DNA from: Octopus bimaculoides
Taxonomy: Eukaryota
NCBI RefSeq assembly: GCF_001194135.2
Contig: NC_068992.1
Span: forward strand, 15,639,155-15,703,154
Direction of reading: 5' to 3'
DNA: 64,000 bases
Position 1 is the first letter of the stretch. Every line of letters begins with the position of its first letter. Made by a program: the position numbers and the translations under genes. Below, one piece after another: positions 37,616 to 51,600 of the stretch. Below the pieces are notes generated by a model. It saw only the letters and a list, made by a program, of their open reading frames with translations. It did not search any database and was not told where the DNA came from.

Positions 37616-38769
37616 TTGTATTCCACTTCTTTTATTATTACTACTTGACTAGTTAACTAATCGATTGTTCTATCAATCATTCAGTTTGTAACTGTGATTT
37701 ATAAGGTCACAAACCATGACAAAAAGGACTCTGACAAACCAAAGGGTTCATAGATCAAACAGTTGGTCAAGCAATCAATTAGTGAATTTGTAACCGGCTA
37801 TTTTACAGATAGTGGAGGCACGTGGCTTAGTGGTTAGGGTGTCAGCATCATGATCATGAGATTGAGGTTTCAATTCCTGGACTAGGTGACGCATTGTGTT
37901 CTTGAGCAAAACACTTCATTTCACGTTGCTCCAGTCCACTCAGCTGGCAAAAATGAGTAACGCTGCAATGGACTGACTGGGGAACACATACACTATTGAA
38001 ACCGGGAAACCGGGCCCATGAGCCTGGCTAGGTTTTAAAAGGGCGCATTTATTTTATTTTTATTATTTTACAGACGATAATAAAAGCATAATATAACCAG
38101 TGTGTGTGTTTTTATTGGTAAAATGAACCAACCAAAGTTCAACAACTATAAACAATAGGTTTATATGTTTCAGGCAGTTACATATTTAAACCAACACATC
38201 ACCTCTTCTGTACATTTTAATCAGCAACACTGACGCTTATTCAATTTCTAAACTTATTTACTCTAAGGATTACAATTTCACAAACTTCAATATTCTTCTT
38301 TTGCATTTTAAGCATGTAACCACAATGACCTTATATAATGTTCATATATTTATAGCTGAATAACACTCTATAATCAATATATGCAATACAACAAAATGAA
38401 ATATAAATAGTTTGACTGCATCTCGGAAAAAAAAAATGTATATTTTATTGCTAACAAAATAATTTTTTAAAAACTAACATTTCAACACCTTTGTAATAAT
38501 AATCCCAAATGAGAATAATTCTTCTTTTAGTTTCTTATAAAAGAAACTTCAGTACTTAAATAAAGTGCTTCATAGTAATAAATTCCAAAATCTATTCCCT
38601 GTAGGTGCTATTCTCCAAACAACTGAGCACACACAGTTGATAGCTGTTGGAATTTAATCAAAATTTTTAAAATCAAACAACAACAAACACTTCTTTAATT
38701 AAAATTGCTTCTCACAGTTCTGTCCACATTCTAGCAACTGGTTTTCTTTTGAGTTAATTCTATTAATTC

Positions 38770-38822
<53 letters not shown>

Positions 38823-38853
38823 GTATTATCATTATTATTATTATTATTATTAC

Positions 38854-38886
<33 letters not shown>

Positions 38887-38909
38887 NNNNNNNNNNTCAT
38901 TATTATTAC

Positions 38910-38978
<69 letters not shown>

Positions 38979-38996
38979 CATTATTATTATTATTCA
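38770..38996. repeat. (TAT)n/(TAA)n microsatellite with a 10-N gap (38887-38896)
   Basis: Direct inspection. Confidence 0.95.
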
Positions 38997-39660
38997 GTAG
39001 TCTCATTTTCATCATGTGCTTCCACTGCAATACCAAGCACAGTTCTGTGTGCATTGGATATGTGCAGTGGTTTGTTTTGCTGTTGTTATTTTCGCTGTAT
39101 TGAAAGTGCTTCATATAGGATGTGTGCGGTGCCTTGTAGTGCAATTTTCTGTATGTAAGTCCTGGTGTTTTGTTATATATTTGTCTGTATGCTTTTTAAT
39201 CATACATAATGCAGCTATTATTACAGGGATTGATCCTGCTTTTAAGCTCCACATTATCTTTATTTTCCAGAGCCTTGTATTTTGAGAGTTTCTCCATTTC
39301 TTTTAGAGATACATTGTCATCTGTTGGGATTGATACGTTGATTAGAGGGCTTTTTTTACTTTTTTTTTGGTGGTCTCAGACAACTATATCCAGTCTATTA
39401 GCCTTGATCTCACTAACTGTGTGTATTGACATATCCTTGAGTATGGTTGCTTTATCATTTTCTGAGACCTTTTCTGAGGCATGCCTAAACAATCTTTTTT
39501 CTGTTGTCATATCATAGTGCTGACATAGCTTCCAGTCTATATAGGTTACAACTTTGTCATCACGTCTGTGGATATATTCCTTCTTAGCTCGGACTGGGCA
39601 GCCAGGGACAATATATTTATTGTTTCTACCCCATCACCACATATTTTGCAGCAGTTATTA
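38997..39660 (-). mobile_element. R4/Dong retrotransposon 3' end (zinc knuckle, REL endonuclease, 3' UTR) abutting (TAA)n
   Basis: Frameshifted CKICGDG.ETIN.I...C...KKEYIHR.DDKV..YIDWKLC..SENDKATIL.DMSI.T...KANRLDIVV..LINVSIPTD.NV..KEMEKLSKYKALE..IPVIIAAL..QKIALQGTAHIL. Confidence 0.85.
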
Positions 39661-39900
39661 TTATCGTATGGTCATGTGATGCATATGGGCAAGGACAGCT
39701 GTGCAAAGAAGTGCTGATCTCTAACTGTGGAGGGAAGCTGTAGTAGAGATAGACCCAGGATGATATGGGATGAGGTGGTGAAGCATGATCTTCAAACTTT
39801 GGGCCTCACAGAGGCAATGACTAGTGACCGAGACCTTTGGTGATATGCTGTGCTTGAGAAGACCCATCAAGCCAAGTGAAATCAAAATCATGTGACTATA
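39660..39900 (+). mobile_element. RTE LINE 3' end
   Basis: ..YGHVMHMGKDSCAKKC.SLTVEGSCSRDRPRMIWDEVVKHDLQTLGLTEAMTSDRDLW.YAVLEKTHQAK. Confidence 0.85.
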
Positions 39901-40210
39901 GAAATCAGACTGGAGTTTGATGCAGCATTCTAGCTTACCAGCCCTGGTCAAACCATCCAGCCCAATGGACACTAAATGATGATGATGATGGTTATTATTG
40001 ATGGGGTAAGCCGGCAGAATTGATAGCATGCCAGGCAAAATGCTTAGCGATATTTCATCTGTTGCTATGTTCCGAGTTCAAATTCTGCCGAGGTTGACTG
40101 CCCTTTATCCTTTCAGTGTTGATAAAATAAGTACCAATTGCGTATTGGGGTCGATGTAATCGACTCATCCCTTCCTCCAAAACTGCTGCCCCTGTGGCAA
40201 AATTTGAAAC

Positions 40211-40255
<45 letters not shown>

Positions 40256-41327
40256 AATTAATTTTTACATCTAATAAGGATTGGATGTTTTTGATTAATG
40301 ACGCTATTTTGAAATTTTATCTCAAAAGAATTCAAGTTCAGTCATTGATATTCCTCAATTGATTTTTATGAGTACTGGATGGATATTAGAATAGGAAATG
40401 TCCTGTATCATTCTAGTTAACAAAATAGGAAAAATATGTTGATTAAACATGTACTAACTGAATTATTAGATCATAGTTTCCTTTGAATTCCGTTTTTATT
40501 ACAATATCAATCATTTGAGAATGAAGTATATTTTTTTTTCACTTGGTTTTAATAAGATTTTCCAAATTTCAATTCATTCAATTTTATCTGATACTGTCAT
40601 CAGTTATTTTACCAATAAAATAAAAATGAAAACTAAATATAACAGAATAAAAACATAAATTTTAATTTTCTTGAATGAGATAATGTTAAATCTCTAATGA
40701 AAATCAGTCCCACTACACAGAATCTTAGCAAGAGTTTTCAAGTATAGTTCAGAGCAGACCAATAACTGAAAAGAAGTGCTCATATGCATAAACATATGTA
40801 ATGCTGTGTTGTTATAACCATTGATGTCATCGTCGTCATCATTTAATATATGTTTTGTACAGTTTTCCATGCTAGCATAGATTGAACACTTTAACATATA
40901 CTGGCAAGTCGCATGACTGTGCCAAACTCCGGCATCAGCTTTGGCATGGTTTCTATCGCTAGATAACCTTCCAAATGCCAGCTATTCTACCGTATGTACC
41001 AGGTGCTGGTTGTATGCCACGGCCACTGGCACTAGTGAAGTTGCAAAAGTAACTTGCAAAACAGAAGAAAGGAAAAAGGAAGAAAGTATATACATATTAG
41101 TCAGTACATCCAACCTAACTTGGATGTGTTGTTTATAATGTCATAGACTGATGTAAACGTTCTGAAAAATAAATTCAGGAAAACAACAAATTCTAAAAAG
41201 CATTGAAATTCAATTATTTGACGAAATTCCATCAGTTCACCATCAGATGGCACTACTGTATCACATGATTTCACAGTATCATGGAGTAGCAACAGCTAGC
41301 CAAGCTACATATATACATATGTATATA

Positions 41328-41832
41328 TATAATCATAAATATATAGGGATTAGCAGTAACCTGCTTCTCCAACATACTGAGAATTCAGAAACAGCAGCCA
41401 AAGAACTACTGATTCTAAAACTACAAATTTTTCTCTAATTGATAGCGATATTCATGGTACACACAGGGTGAGAGATTTTAAACTCACTGGCCGATAAATT
41501 TCTTAATGTCTGCCTCACGTGGTCTTGATGTTGCATGGTCAAAATTAACGTGAGTTATTTAGACATTGGCAAATTTATTAAAATATTTGGCTGAAGATCG
41601 AAATGAGGTAATTTCATACCACTAATGGTGAAACGTCATACCAAATTAATTAAAGGCAGGTTTGTTTTTTACTCTTCTCTTTTGTCTTTTGTTCTGTGTG
41701 TACCATGAATATCGCTATCAATTAGAGAAAAATTTGTAGTTTTAGAATCAGTAGTTCTTTGGCTGCTGTTTCTGAATTCTCAGTATGTTGGAGAAGCAGG
41801 TTACTGCTAATCCCTATATATTTATGATTATA
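41328..41832. repeat. Perfect 139-bp inverted repeat with a 227-bp spacer
   Basis: 41328-41466 equals the reverse complement of 41694-41832; no mismatch found. Confidence 0.95.
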
Positions 41833-41969
41833 AATGGCTTTACCGAAAAGGTTTTTTCATACTGAACTACCCGGCAAAATTGTTAATTATTAATTTTATT
41901 ACTAATTGACGATTCCCTGCCCTGTATATCTATATGTATATATATATATATATATACACACAGACACAT

Positions 41970-42004
<35 letters not shown>

Positions 42005-42057
42005 AAGAAGTGATTTTTTAAATTCTCAAATGCAGGATAATGCTAATAATATAGCCT

Positions 42058-42385
42058 GAACAGGATAAACTACACCTATTTTGCAGAAAAAAGTGTTAGC
42101 GGCCAGCTATGAAACTCAAACTCACACCCCCGTGATTACACATCACGGTGCTCTGACCTTTAAGCTAAACTTCCCTCACCACAAATTCTTCCGCAAATTT
42201 AAGATATACAGAAATTTCGCTTTATGGGATGCTATATATCTTAAATTTGCGGAAGAATTTGTGGTGAGGGAAGTTTAGCTTAAAGGTCAGAGCACCGTGA
42301 TGTGTAATCACGGGGGTGTGAGTTTGAGTTTCATAGCTGGCCGCTAACACTTTTTTCTGCAAAATAGGTGTAGTTTATCCTGTTC
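42058..42385. repeat. Perfect 151-bp fold-back ending at the scaffold gap (probable assembly artefact)
   Basis: 42058-42208 is the reverse complement of 42235-42385; N run starts at 42386. Confidence 0.85.
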
Positions 42386-43057
42386 NNNNNNNNNNNNNNN
42401 NNNNNNNNNNNNNNNNNNNNNNNNNNNNNNNNNNNNNNNNNNNNNNNNNNNNNNNNNNNNNNNNNNNNNNNNNNNNNNNNNNNNNNNNNNNNNNNNNNNN
42501 NNNNNNNNNNNNNNNNNNNNNNNNNNNNNNNNNNNNNNNNNNNNNNNNNNNNNNNNNNNNNNNNNNNNNNNNNNNNNNNNNNNNNNNNNNNNNNNNNNNN
42601 NNNNNNNNNNNNNNNNNNNNNNNNNNNNNNNNNNNNNNNNNNNNNNNNNNNNNNNNNNNNNNNNNNNNNNNNNNNNNNNNNNNNNNNNNNNNNNNNNNNN
42701 NNNNNNNNNNNNNNNNNNNNNNNNNNNNNNNNNNNNNNNNNNNNNNNNNNNNNNNNNNNNNNNNNNNNNNNNNNNNNNNNNNNNNNNNNNNNNNNNNNNN
42801 NNNNNNNNNNNNNNNNNNNNNNNNNNNNNNNNNNNNNNNNNNNNNNNNNNNNNNNNNNNNNNNNNNNNNNNNNNNNNNNNNNNNNNNNNNNNNNNNNNNN
42901 NNNNNNNNNNNNNNNNNNNNNNNNNNNNNNNNNNNNNNNNNNNNNNNNNNNNNNNNNNNNNNNNNNNNNNNNNNNNNNNNNNNNNNNNNNNNNNNNNNNN
43001 NNNNNNNNNNNNNNNNNNNNNNNNNNNNNNNNNNNNNNNNNNNNNNNNNNNNNNNNN
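42386..43057. other. Assembly gap (672 N)
   Basis: Run of n. Confidence 1.
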
Positions 43058-46000
43058 GGCGGCGGTGGTGGTGGTGGTGGTGATATAATATATAACTAAA
43101 ATTCGCCCACCATATACTTAAACTGGATTTACTTATTACAACTAGCTTTTTTTTATTTTTCACTTTTTACTTTAGTTTCCTTTTTTAATGGTCAAAAAGA
43201 AAGTATTCATTTTTGAAGTAAAGAAACATTATCATCACCATCATTGGTTTTGTATCCATTTATTCCTTGCTAGCAAAAGCTGGGTGATTTTGAAATATAG
43301 TGTTCTTCCATGTGTATTGATAATGTATCCTACATTCCTTCAGACTGTGATGCAAAAAAAAAAAAAATTATCTTGCACATGTAAGATTTCAAAATACCAT
43401 ATTATCAATAATACAATATAATTTAAAAGAAAAAAAAAAAACCACTGCTAAAATAAGTATCTATTTGTCCAATACCTAAGTGATTGATCACTCAGAATAC
43501 ATTACAGAACCTGAACAATCAATCACTAAGAAAACGCAGAGGACATCCACATTGTACTAAAACCCTATAATACTCAATCCGTTTAAATTTATCTGGTATG
43601 TCAGAACAGTTTATACTAAACTATTCAGGCTTTCTTTCACAAAAGTGACATGCATAGACAAAAATAATCCTGATATCTAAAGCAGACATTTTTATCCACT
43701 GTGGTAGGGGACCGCCCTCTCCCTTGTGTGCTGTCAGCTTTTCAGCTGGGAAAAATCTCAAGATATTTAGAAAGCTTGAGGCTTCATTTTTTTTTTATAT
43801 ATATCACACCAATGCTTGTATATTTCCATGCAACAAAGTTCAATGACTAAAACCATCACCATTACAAAATAATTTTAATACTTGTTTTCTTTTTTATATA
43901 ATAATTCTTTTTTTTTTGCAAATTCATGGTGAGCTACAACACTTTTTGTGTCTTATACAGCATGTTGCAGCTCAAAAAAAAAAATGTAGGATATCACTAA
44001 TCGAAAAGAATAACCTTAGATTTTCTTAAAACTTTTGCTGGAATTTTGACAACTTGATACATAACTCTCATGTGAAAAGTGAAAGAAGCAGCTTTGTGTG
44101 CAGTTTCGGATCTTAAACAGGATCTTCGACTTACCAGCTCCTGTCAAACCATCCAACCCATGCCAACATGGAAAAGAGACATTAAATGATGATGATGATG
44201 ATGACTCCCACCTTACTGCTTCTTATCACCTCTTCCTCCCGGAGCCACTCCTATTTCTTTCATCTTCACTCCTCCACCCCTGTTTACCATTTGCTGCAAT
44301 TACTTCTACCCTTATCTCCAACCATGTCATGTTCATCTCAAGCTCTTACAAACTTACCCACACACCCTTCCTGATCCTATGTCCACACTTTCTCTTACCC
44401 TCACCTACCTCTACCTTGAAAGTTAGCTCAGAGACCTTGTCACTACCTTCTTTCTAGTTACATGCACGAACCCATGTATGATGTAGGGATGCCATATAGC
44501 TCCTCTATAACAAGAAACCTGTGCCTGTCCTATCATGATTTAGCTTCATCCACCGCTCTATCTCTCTAGTTTACCCTTTCCCCACTAAGCCAAGGGAGCA
44601 TTTTCTTGGTCTTGCTAGTTATTTAGCAGCCTCACTGGTGCAGGTTCCACAAAAAAAAGGACCCAAAATCTGTAAAGTGATTGGTATTAGGAAGGGCATC
44701 CACCTAAAGAGACCATACCAAAGCGGATACTGGACCACACCACAGTCCTCCATTTCATTGGCACCCGTCAAACTGTCCAAAACATGCCAGCATGGAAGTC
44801 GGGCATTAAACGATGATGATGACGATGACAATGACGACGACGACGACGATGATGATGATGATGATGATAACGATAACAACAATGATGAAGATGAAAATGA
44901 TGATGATGATGATGATCTTCGCAATATTAAGTTAATGATTTTAAAAGCTGCAAAATCACAACTGTTAGAGATAAAATTCAAACTGCAGAATCACAACTAT
45001 CTCAAATGAAATTCAGGTGTCAGCTTTACCTTGTTGAAAATTTGAAATCTAATTGCTGATCTCATCTTGTGATAGTTAAAATACATGCAGCTATTCTAAA
45101 CATATTTCTGAAATAATTTTACTACATCTTAAAGCAGAACCTAACAAAAGGCCACACATTTTATCCTTAACTGAGTATTTCTTTCTTGTTTTACACACAC
45201 TAACATACACACATCTAAATACACACACACAAATACACACATTTATATATTTACACATAAATACATATTTTAATGCTTCAATTTGGCATAGCAATGCTAA
45301 TAACCAGGACTTAGAATTCAACATACAAACGCTTCAGAATAAAACATCTGTTGAGTACAGAGCATGATATGAAAATAAATAAATTACAAAGGAACAGGAA
45401 ATTATGTAACAAACTTCATTAGCTTACATATAAGCTATAAGGTGATGCACAAGCATTTTTTAAGAGCCAGGTACTTATTCTATCAGTCTCTTTTTACTGA
45501 ACAGCTAAGTTACAAGGGCATAAACAAACCAACACCAGTTGTCAAGCGGTGGTGGGAGACAAACAAACACAAGGACACACACACACACATATATATACAC
45601 AGGCTTCTTTCAGTTTCCATCTACCAAATCCACACACAAGCCTTTGCTTGGACTGAGGCTATAGTAGAAGACACTTGCCCAGGGTACCACACAGTGGGAC
45701 TGAACACGGAACCACATGATTGGGAAGCAAACTTATTACCACACAGCCACCACGGCTACTCCTATATTCATATTAGTTTACAAAAATTCAAGACAAACAT
45801 TAATGGCATCAATTGCACCAGTAGAGAGGGCCCTGCAAAGGCCACAAGTCGTGCACCTTCCTTCAGACCTAGCAACTTAACAAAATGACCAACATGGAGA
45901 ATAGATGCAATGCTAAGACAAGACATGGATGAAGACAAACTAAGCTCTGAACCACATGTAAAGCTATCTTCAAAGTTGAAAAGTTGCTCTATTTATTCTA

Positions 46001-46491
46001 ACCCTGCTTTAATTCCAGATGTCAACAAATCAATACTAAACAGGTTAAGAAATTTCCAAGCTGTTTGTTTATCCAAAATTATTGTGTTATTTGGTTTTTG
46101 TTCAATAAAACAAGAACATTTTATTTCTTTCAGTATGTTGATGACTATCTTGGCAAGGAGAGAATTAACTTCGTAATTGGAGTTCAAAAAGAGATAGGAA
46201 TATTTCTTTCTGACTTTTGTCAGAGAACAGCATAACACTCGATAATTAACATATTTTCTTTCCGATGCAAAAGAAACAGATTAAAAAATTACTTCTCATG
46301 AAAGTACAGAATCTCAAATTTATCAGGGGAAAAATAGATGCTGTGCTGCTCAATATTTTCCCAAAGATCTTTGTTCCATAAGCAATAATGCCGCAAATCT
46401 AAATCTAAAGCAGAATTCGCACCTCACTGGTAATTCTGCATTCAATTTAGTACTGGAACTTATAGGGCAGTACAATACCTATAATCTATGA

Positions 46492-46526
<35 letters not shown>

Positions 46527-47074
46527 ATGCATATACATGCATGCAAACACATGCATATATATGTATGTGCATGTGCATATTGCACGTGTGTATGCATGTG
46601 CATACATGTGCGCGTGCACTGAATATGCAAATGCAAAGCTACGCAATTCCTATTGTTGTACTATAGAACTTGTTTGAACTGTTGTCTAATGGGAACGTCA
46701 AAATTCTGTTAATCTCAGTCAATCTCATTTAAGTAATTAATAATCAGAGTTTCTATGTGTAAAAACAAATTACCACCATACTCAACTGATGCTTGCAAAT
46801 GTCAGAATTTCCACAGATATCTAAACCATATATCAATGTAAAAGAACAAAAATATATGAGAAAAATAAATGAATAATTAAATAAATAAATAAACTAATAG
46901 TTATTCTAAATTACTTTGAAACTACATATCGTAAATACAGAATGTTATTAGCATCAAGCTATTCAGTCTCCAAGTGATCAACATGTGCCTGAGACAGGGA
47001 GAGAGACACACACATGGAGAGAGAAAGAGAAACACAACCAGGCACAGAGACTCTGTCCATGTGTATGTAGGTGT

Positions 47075-47306
47075 TATTTCTTTACTACCCACAAGGGGCT
47101 ACACACAGAGGGGACAAACAAGGACAGACAAACGGATTAAGTCGATTATATCGACCCCAGTGCGTAACTGGTACTTATTTAATTGACCCCGAAAGGATGA
47201 AAGGCAAAGTCGACCTCGGCGGAATTCGAACTCAGAACGTAGCGGCAGACGAGATACGGCTAGGCATTTCGCCCGGCGTGCTAACGTTTCTGCCAGCTCA
47301 CCGCCT
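47075..47306 (-). mobile_element. SINE family D, full length, young, ~16-bp TSD
   Basis: Head ggcggtgagctggcagaaacgttagcacgccggg, B box gagttcgaattcc. TSD atgt(g/a)tatgtaggtgt at 47059-47074 and 47309-47324. Confidence 0.9.
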
Positions 47307-49270
47307 TTATGTATATGTAGGTGTGTGTATGTATGAATATGATTGTAACCAAATATTTGGTGCACAGTTAAAGATTACATCAATAATCCAAAGATCTCTA
47401 TGGCAACCAATACTGTTAATATATAAATCCTCTATTTGCCAACAGGAAAGGAATAATAGGGAAGCCTACCGAACAGGACATAAAGCAACAGAAGGTGTAA
47501 GTTGTTCAACTTCTGCGTCTATTGTACATGTAATCATGATGTGTCAGCTGCAGGAAATAAAAGGAAAGAGTTAATTTGTGGTATTACTGTACGTAGTTGA
47601 TGCAAGTGTTCAACAGATATTTGAGACTAGCAACAGAAACACCAACAGTAATTTCAAACAAAATTACTCAATCATTTCCATGGAAATTCAGACTAGTGTT
47701 CAGTTTTCTCTGTTTATGCAGATGATAACAAAAACTATTGTCTCAGTTTCATTTTTATTTTTCTTTCCCCTCCACCTTTTCCTTTTTTCATACATTACTG
47801 GTTTGTTAACAGTAATTTTTTTCAATGCTAAACTACTACAGAACATATCTATAGATTTTAGCCAACACCATATATATATATATATATATATATAATACAA
47901 AAAATATATATGCATGTATACACACATATATGTATATACTTTCATCTACATGTGTATATAGATGCATATCAGGGTACAGGACGTTAGAACAATGAACTAC
48001 AGACAACGGAACGAACACATAGGAAAACAGAAAGCCACTTGGAATTATTCATCAGCTGCCTCTATTCTAACTCGACGTTTCGAAGATATATATATATATA
48101 TATTGGTGTGTTTATGCCTCCATAACTTAGCAGTTCGGCAAAAGAGACCGATAGAATAAGTAGTAGGCTTACAAAGAATAAGTTCTGGGGCCGATTTGTT
48201 CAACTAAAGGTGGTGCTCCACCATGGCCACAGTCAAATGACTGAAACAAGTAAAAGAATAAAAGAAAGAATATATATATCAAGAGAGAGGAGGAGAGAGA
48301 GGGAGGAGGTAGAGAGAGAAAGAAAAGTGAGACATACAAACAGACAGACAGATATAAACTCATCTGTGTATACAATAACTTTGTGGACATAAAAACTTCC
48401 AATCCAGTGTTGGAATTTCTTCAGCAACTGAGTACCCACTTTAATTCATTTTTCTAACACATTTATTGGCAAGAATTGGCTCTGGTCCCTTCTGTTGTAA
48501 TTTTACTCCTCTTTCGCTCCTCACCTCCTAGCATGAGGTTGCCTTACAACAAACACTCTTGCTTTCAGGGTTTGTAGTCGTGCAAACTGCATGATGGTCT
48601 AACCAGTGTTGGTGCCAATGGAAAAAGCACCCAGTACCCAGTAATGTGGTTGGTGTCAGGAAGGGAAGCCAACCATAGAAACTATGTCAAAGCAGCCACT
48701 GGAGCATGATGAAGTCCTTGGGTCCTCTGGATCCTGTCAAACTGTCCAGCATGAACATTAAATGGCGATGATCATAATAATAATGGTACTTGTCACCTGA
48801 AGTAAAGGTAGTAGCCTAGTGGTTAGGATATTGACCACATCGTCATAAGGCTGTGGGTTCAATTCATATACCAGATGGCATATTGTATCTTTGCGCAAGA
48901 CACTTCATTTCAGGTTGCGCCAGCCTACTCAGCCAAAAATGATGTAACAGAAAAATAGACCCATATTTGCGTCTTGGTTCCATATTTGGAAATCTAGAAA
49001 ATAACATCCAATTCAGGACCTTCATACTGCGCCATACACCCAGCACACAAGGAGATCATTTACCAATCGATATCTCAAAGTTAAACAATATAGGTGCGTG
49101 TATGGCTGTGTGGATAAGAAACTTGTTTCCCAAACCATGTGGTCCTGGGTTCAGCCCCACAACTTAGCAGCTTGGGCAAGTGTCCTTTGTTATATTCCTA
49201 GGCTGAACAAAGCCTTGTGAGCGAATTTGGTAAACAGAAATTGAAAGAAGCCCATCATATGTGTAAATAT

Positions 49271-49331
<61 letters not shown>

Positions 49332-50139
49332 GTGAGACTGGTGGTGGTGCCTTGAAAAAGCACTGGTGATGATGTCAGGTAAAAAGCACCTAGTACATTG
49401 TGGAGTGGTTGGCATTAAGAAGGGCATCCAGCTGTAGGAACCAAGCCAAAATAGACAATGGAACTTGGTGTAGCCCCTGGCCTTGCTAATTCTTGTCAAA
49501 ACGTCCAACCCATGCCAGCATAGAGAACAGTTGTTGAATGTTGAAGACGATGATAATGATGATGATGATGATCATGATCATGATCATGATCATGATCATG
49601 ATGTGCGTGTGTGTATGTGTCTTTATGTCCATGATTTTATTTGTCCTCCGTCACTGCCTGACAACCAGTGTTGGTTTGTTTACGTCTCCATAACATAGCA
49701 GTGCGGCAAAAGTTACAAATAGAAAAAGAAAACGTACCGAGCTGATTTGTTCAGCTAAAACTCTCGAAGGCAGAGCCCCAGCATGCCGCAGTTCAATAAC
49801 ACAAACAAACAAATAAAAAGACAAACGATAAAAGATTAAAAACAGACTATGTCTCGTAAAATATGAGTTTTTGCACAGAGTAAATTGATAACACACAGTA
49901 TTTTCTTTGCTAGTAGCTTCACACAATTGCTCAATGACATATGCCATGCCAGACGCTTTTAAGAAGTATTTCATTTACAGTAATGGCACAAAAGAAACAA
50001 CTATATCTCTGTGTAAAATCAACAGCTCAAATAGTTGTGCCAACTAATCACGTCTAGATGTTAGAGATAAAGAGATAATATTTAGCTCCAACACTTAATG
50101 GTAAATTCAACAGGAAAATACTGATATGTAAATGTATAT

Positions 50140-50212
50140 ATACGCATATACACACACACACACGCACATTATATAATATATACTGTATATGTATACATAT
50201 ATAATAAATATC

Positions 50213-50262
<50 letters not shown>

Positions 50263-50512
50263 TCTGCCTGTGTCTGTGTATGTATGTATATACGTACATA
50301 TGTACAGTATGTATACATACAAGTACAGACACAGGCAGATATATATATATATATATATACATATGTCTGCTTGTGTCTGTGCATGTATGTATATACGTAC
50401 ATATGTACAGTATGTACACATACATAACAAACATATATATACCTGTGTGTGCGTGTGTGAGTGCACATGTGTATGTATACATGTACGTATGTGTATCTGT
50501 GCATATGTGTAT

Positions 50513-50553
<41 letters not shown>

Positions 50554-50575
50554 CACATATATATATATATATAAC
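50140..50575. repeat. (TA)/(TG)/(CA) low-complexity tract with an internal ~100-bp duplication
   Basis: tatatacgtacatatgtacagtatgta occurs twice (~50288 and ~50389). Confidence 0.9.
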
Positions 50576-51439
50576 ACAATAAAAAACAACAAATATCTAT
50601 TAAATCATTAACTATCAGCAAAAAAAGTAAACTATTTCTAATTGCTGCCAGTGATGTGATTTAATTACTCTCTTATTTGCTAGTATAGAATAAATATTAG
50701 TTGATTGATTTCATCAAACAGTACATAGGCAATGATCTGGTAAGAAAACCAAGCCTGATTAGCTAAAGAATAAACAAAGACACTACAGTCATTATGACTA
50801 ACAGTTAATTAATCATAAAATGAAATGACAGGTAAAAAGATTACTAATAATTATCGAAATACAATGAATAAGTTTGTTCTTTCATTCTTGTGTTTTCACA
50901 TCCATTTTTTACAAACCTGCATGGGTTAGATAAATATATTATTAAGGCATTTCTTTACAGCTGGATGTCTTTCCTGTTACTAACCCTTATTTGTTTTGCA
51001 AGTAAAGGATCTTTTATATTATATGTTTTTAAAGATGCAAAAAAAAAAACAATTTGCTAACAGGGGAAATAACAATGTCATAACTTGTAGCTCAGTGATT
51101 TTTGGAGAAGTACAAGTCTAAACAAACACAGATGCATACACACACACACACACACACACACTCACACACCTATGGACAGACATACATACACAGACATGAC
51201 ACATGTACATAGGTTTCATTTTCTGCCAACCAGATCTACTCACAAGATATTGATCAGCCTAGGGCTAAAATAAAAGAAACTTACCAAAGGTACGAAACAG
51301 TGGGATTGAACCTGAAACCATGTGGGGGTTATGAAGCAAACTTCTTACCCACACAGCCATGACAGCACCTAGCTATGTTCCATAATGCACCATGTTATCA
51401 AGACCACAACTTTAGGTGGAAAGTAACCAGAAACAACCA

Positions 51440-51600
51440 ATAAAATAATATGAACTTACAACTGATGGAGAAAGTTATGGAAATATTGGAAAGAATTATA
51501 GCAGAACTGATTTGGAAGGGAATTAGTTTAGATGAAATGCAGTTCAGATTTGTGTTACAATGGGGTACCCCTGATTACTAAACTTATCACTTGATAAGTG
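51440..51600 (+). mobile_element. RTE-type RT fragment
   Basis: ..LMEKVMEILERIIAELIWKGISLDEMQFRFV, resembling the RTE K.MK..ERI......Q(F/Y)GF motif. Confidence 0.55.

Noticed and set aside
42058-42385. Perfect 151-bp palindrome as a biological fold-back
   Set aside because: It ends exactly at a scaffold gap with zero mismatches, typical of a contig-end assembly artefact.
42375-43163. 262-aa ORF
   Set aside because: Mostly the N gap.
50054-50621. Overlapping 140-166 aa ORFs on both strands
   Set aside because: (TA)/(TG) low-complexity sequence that lacks stop codons.
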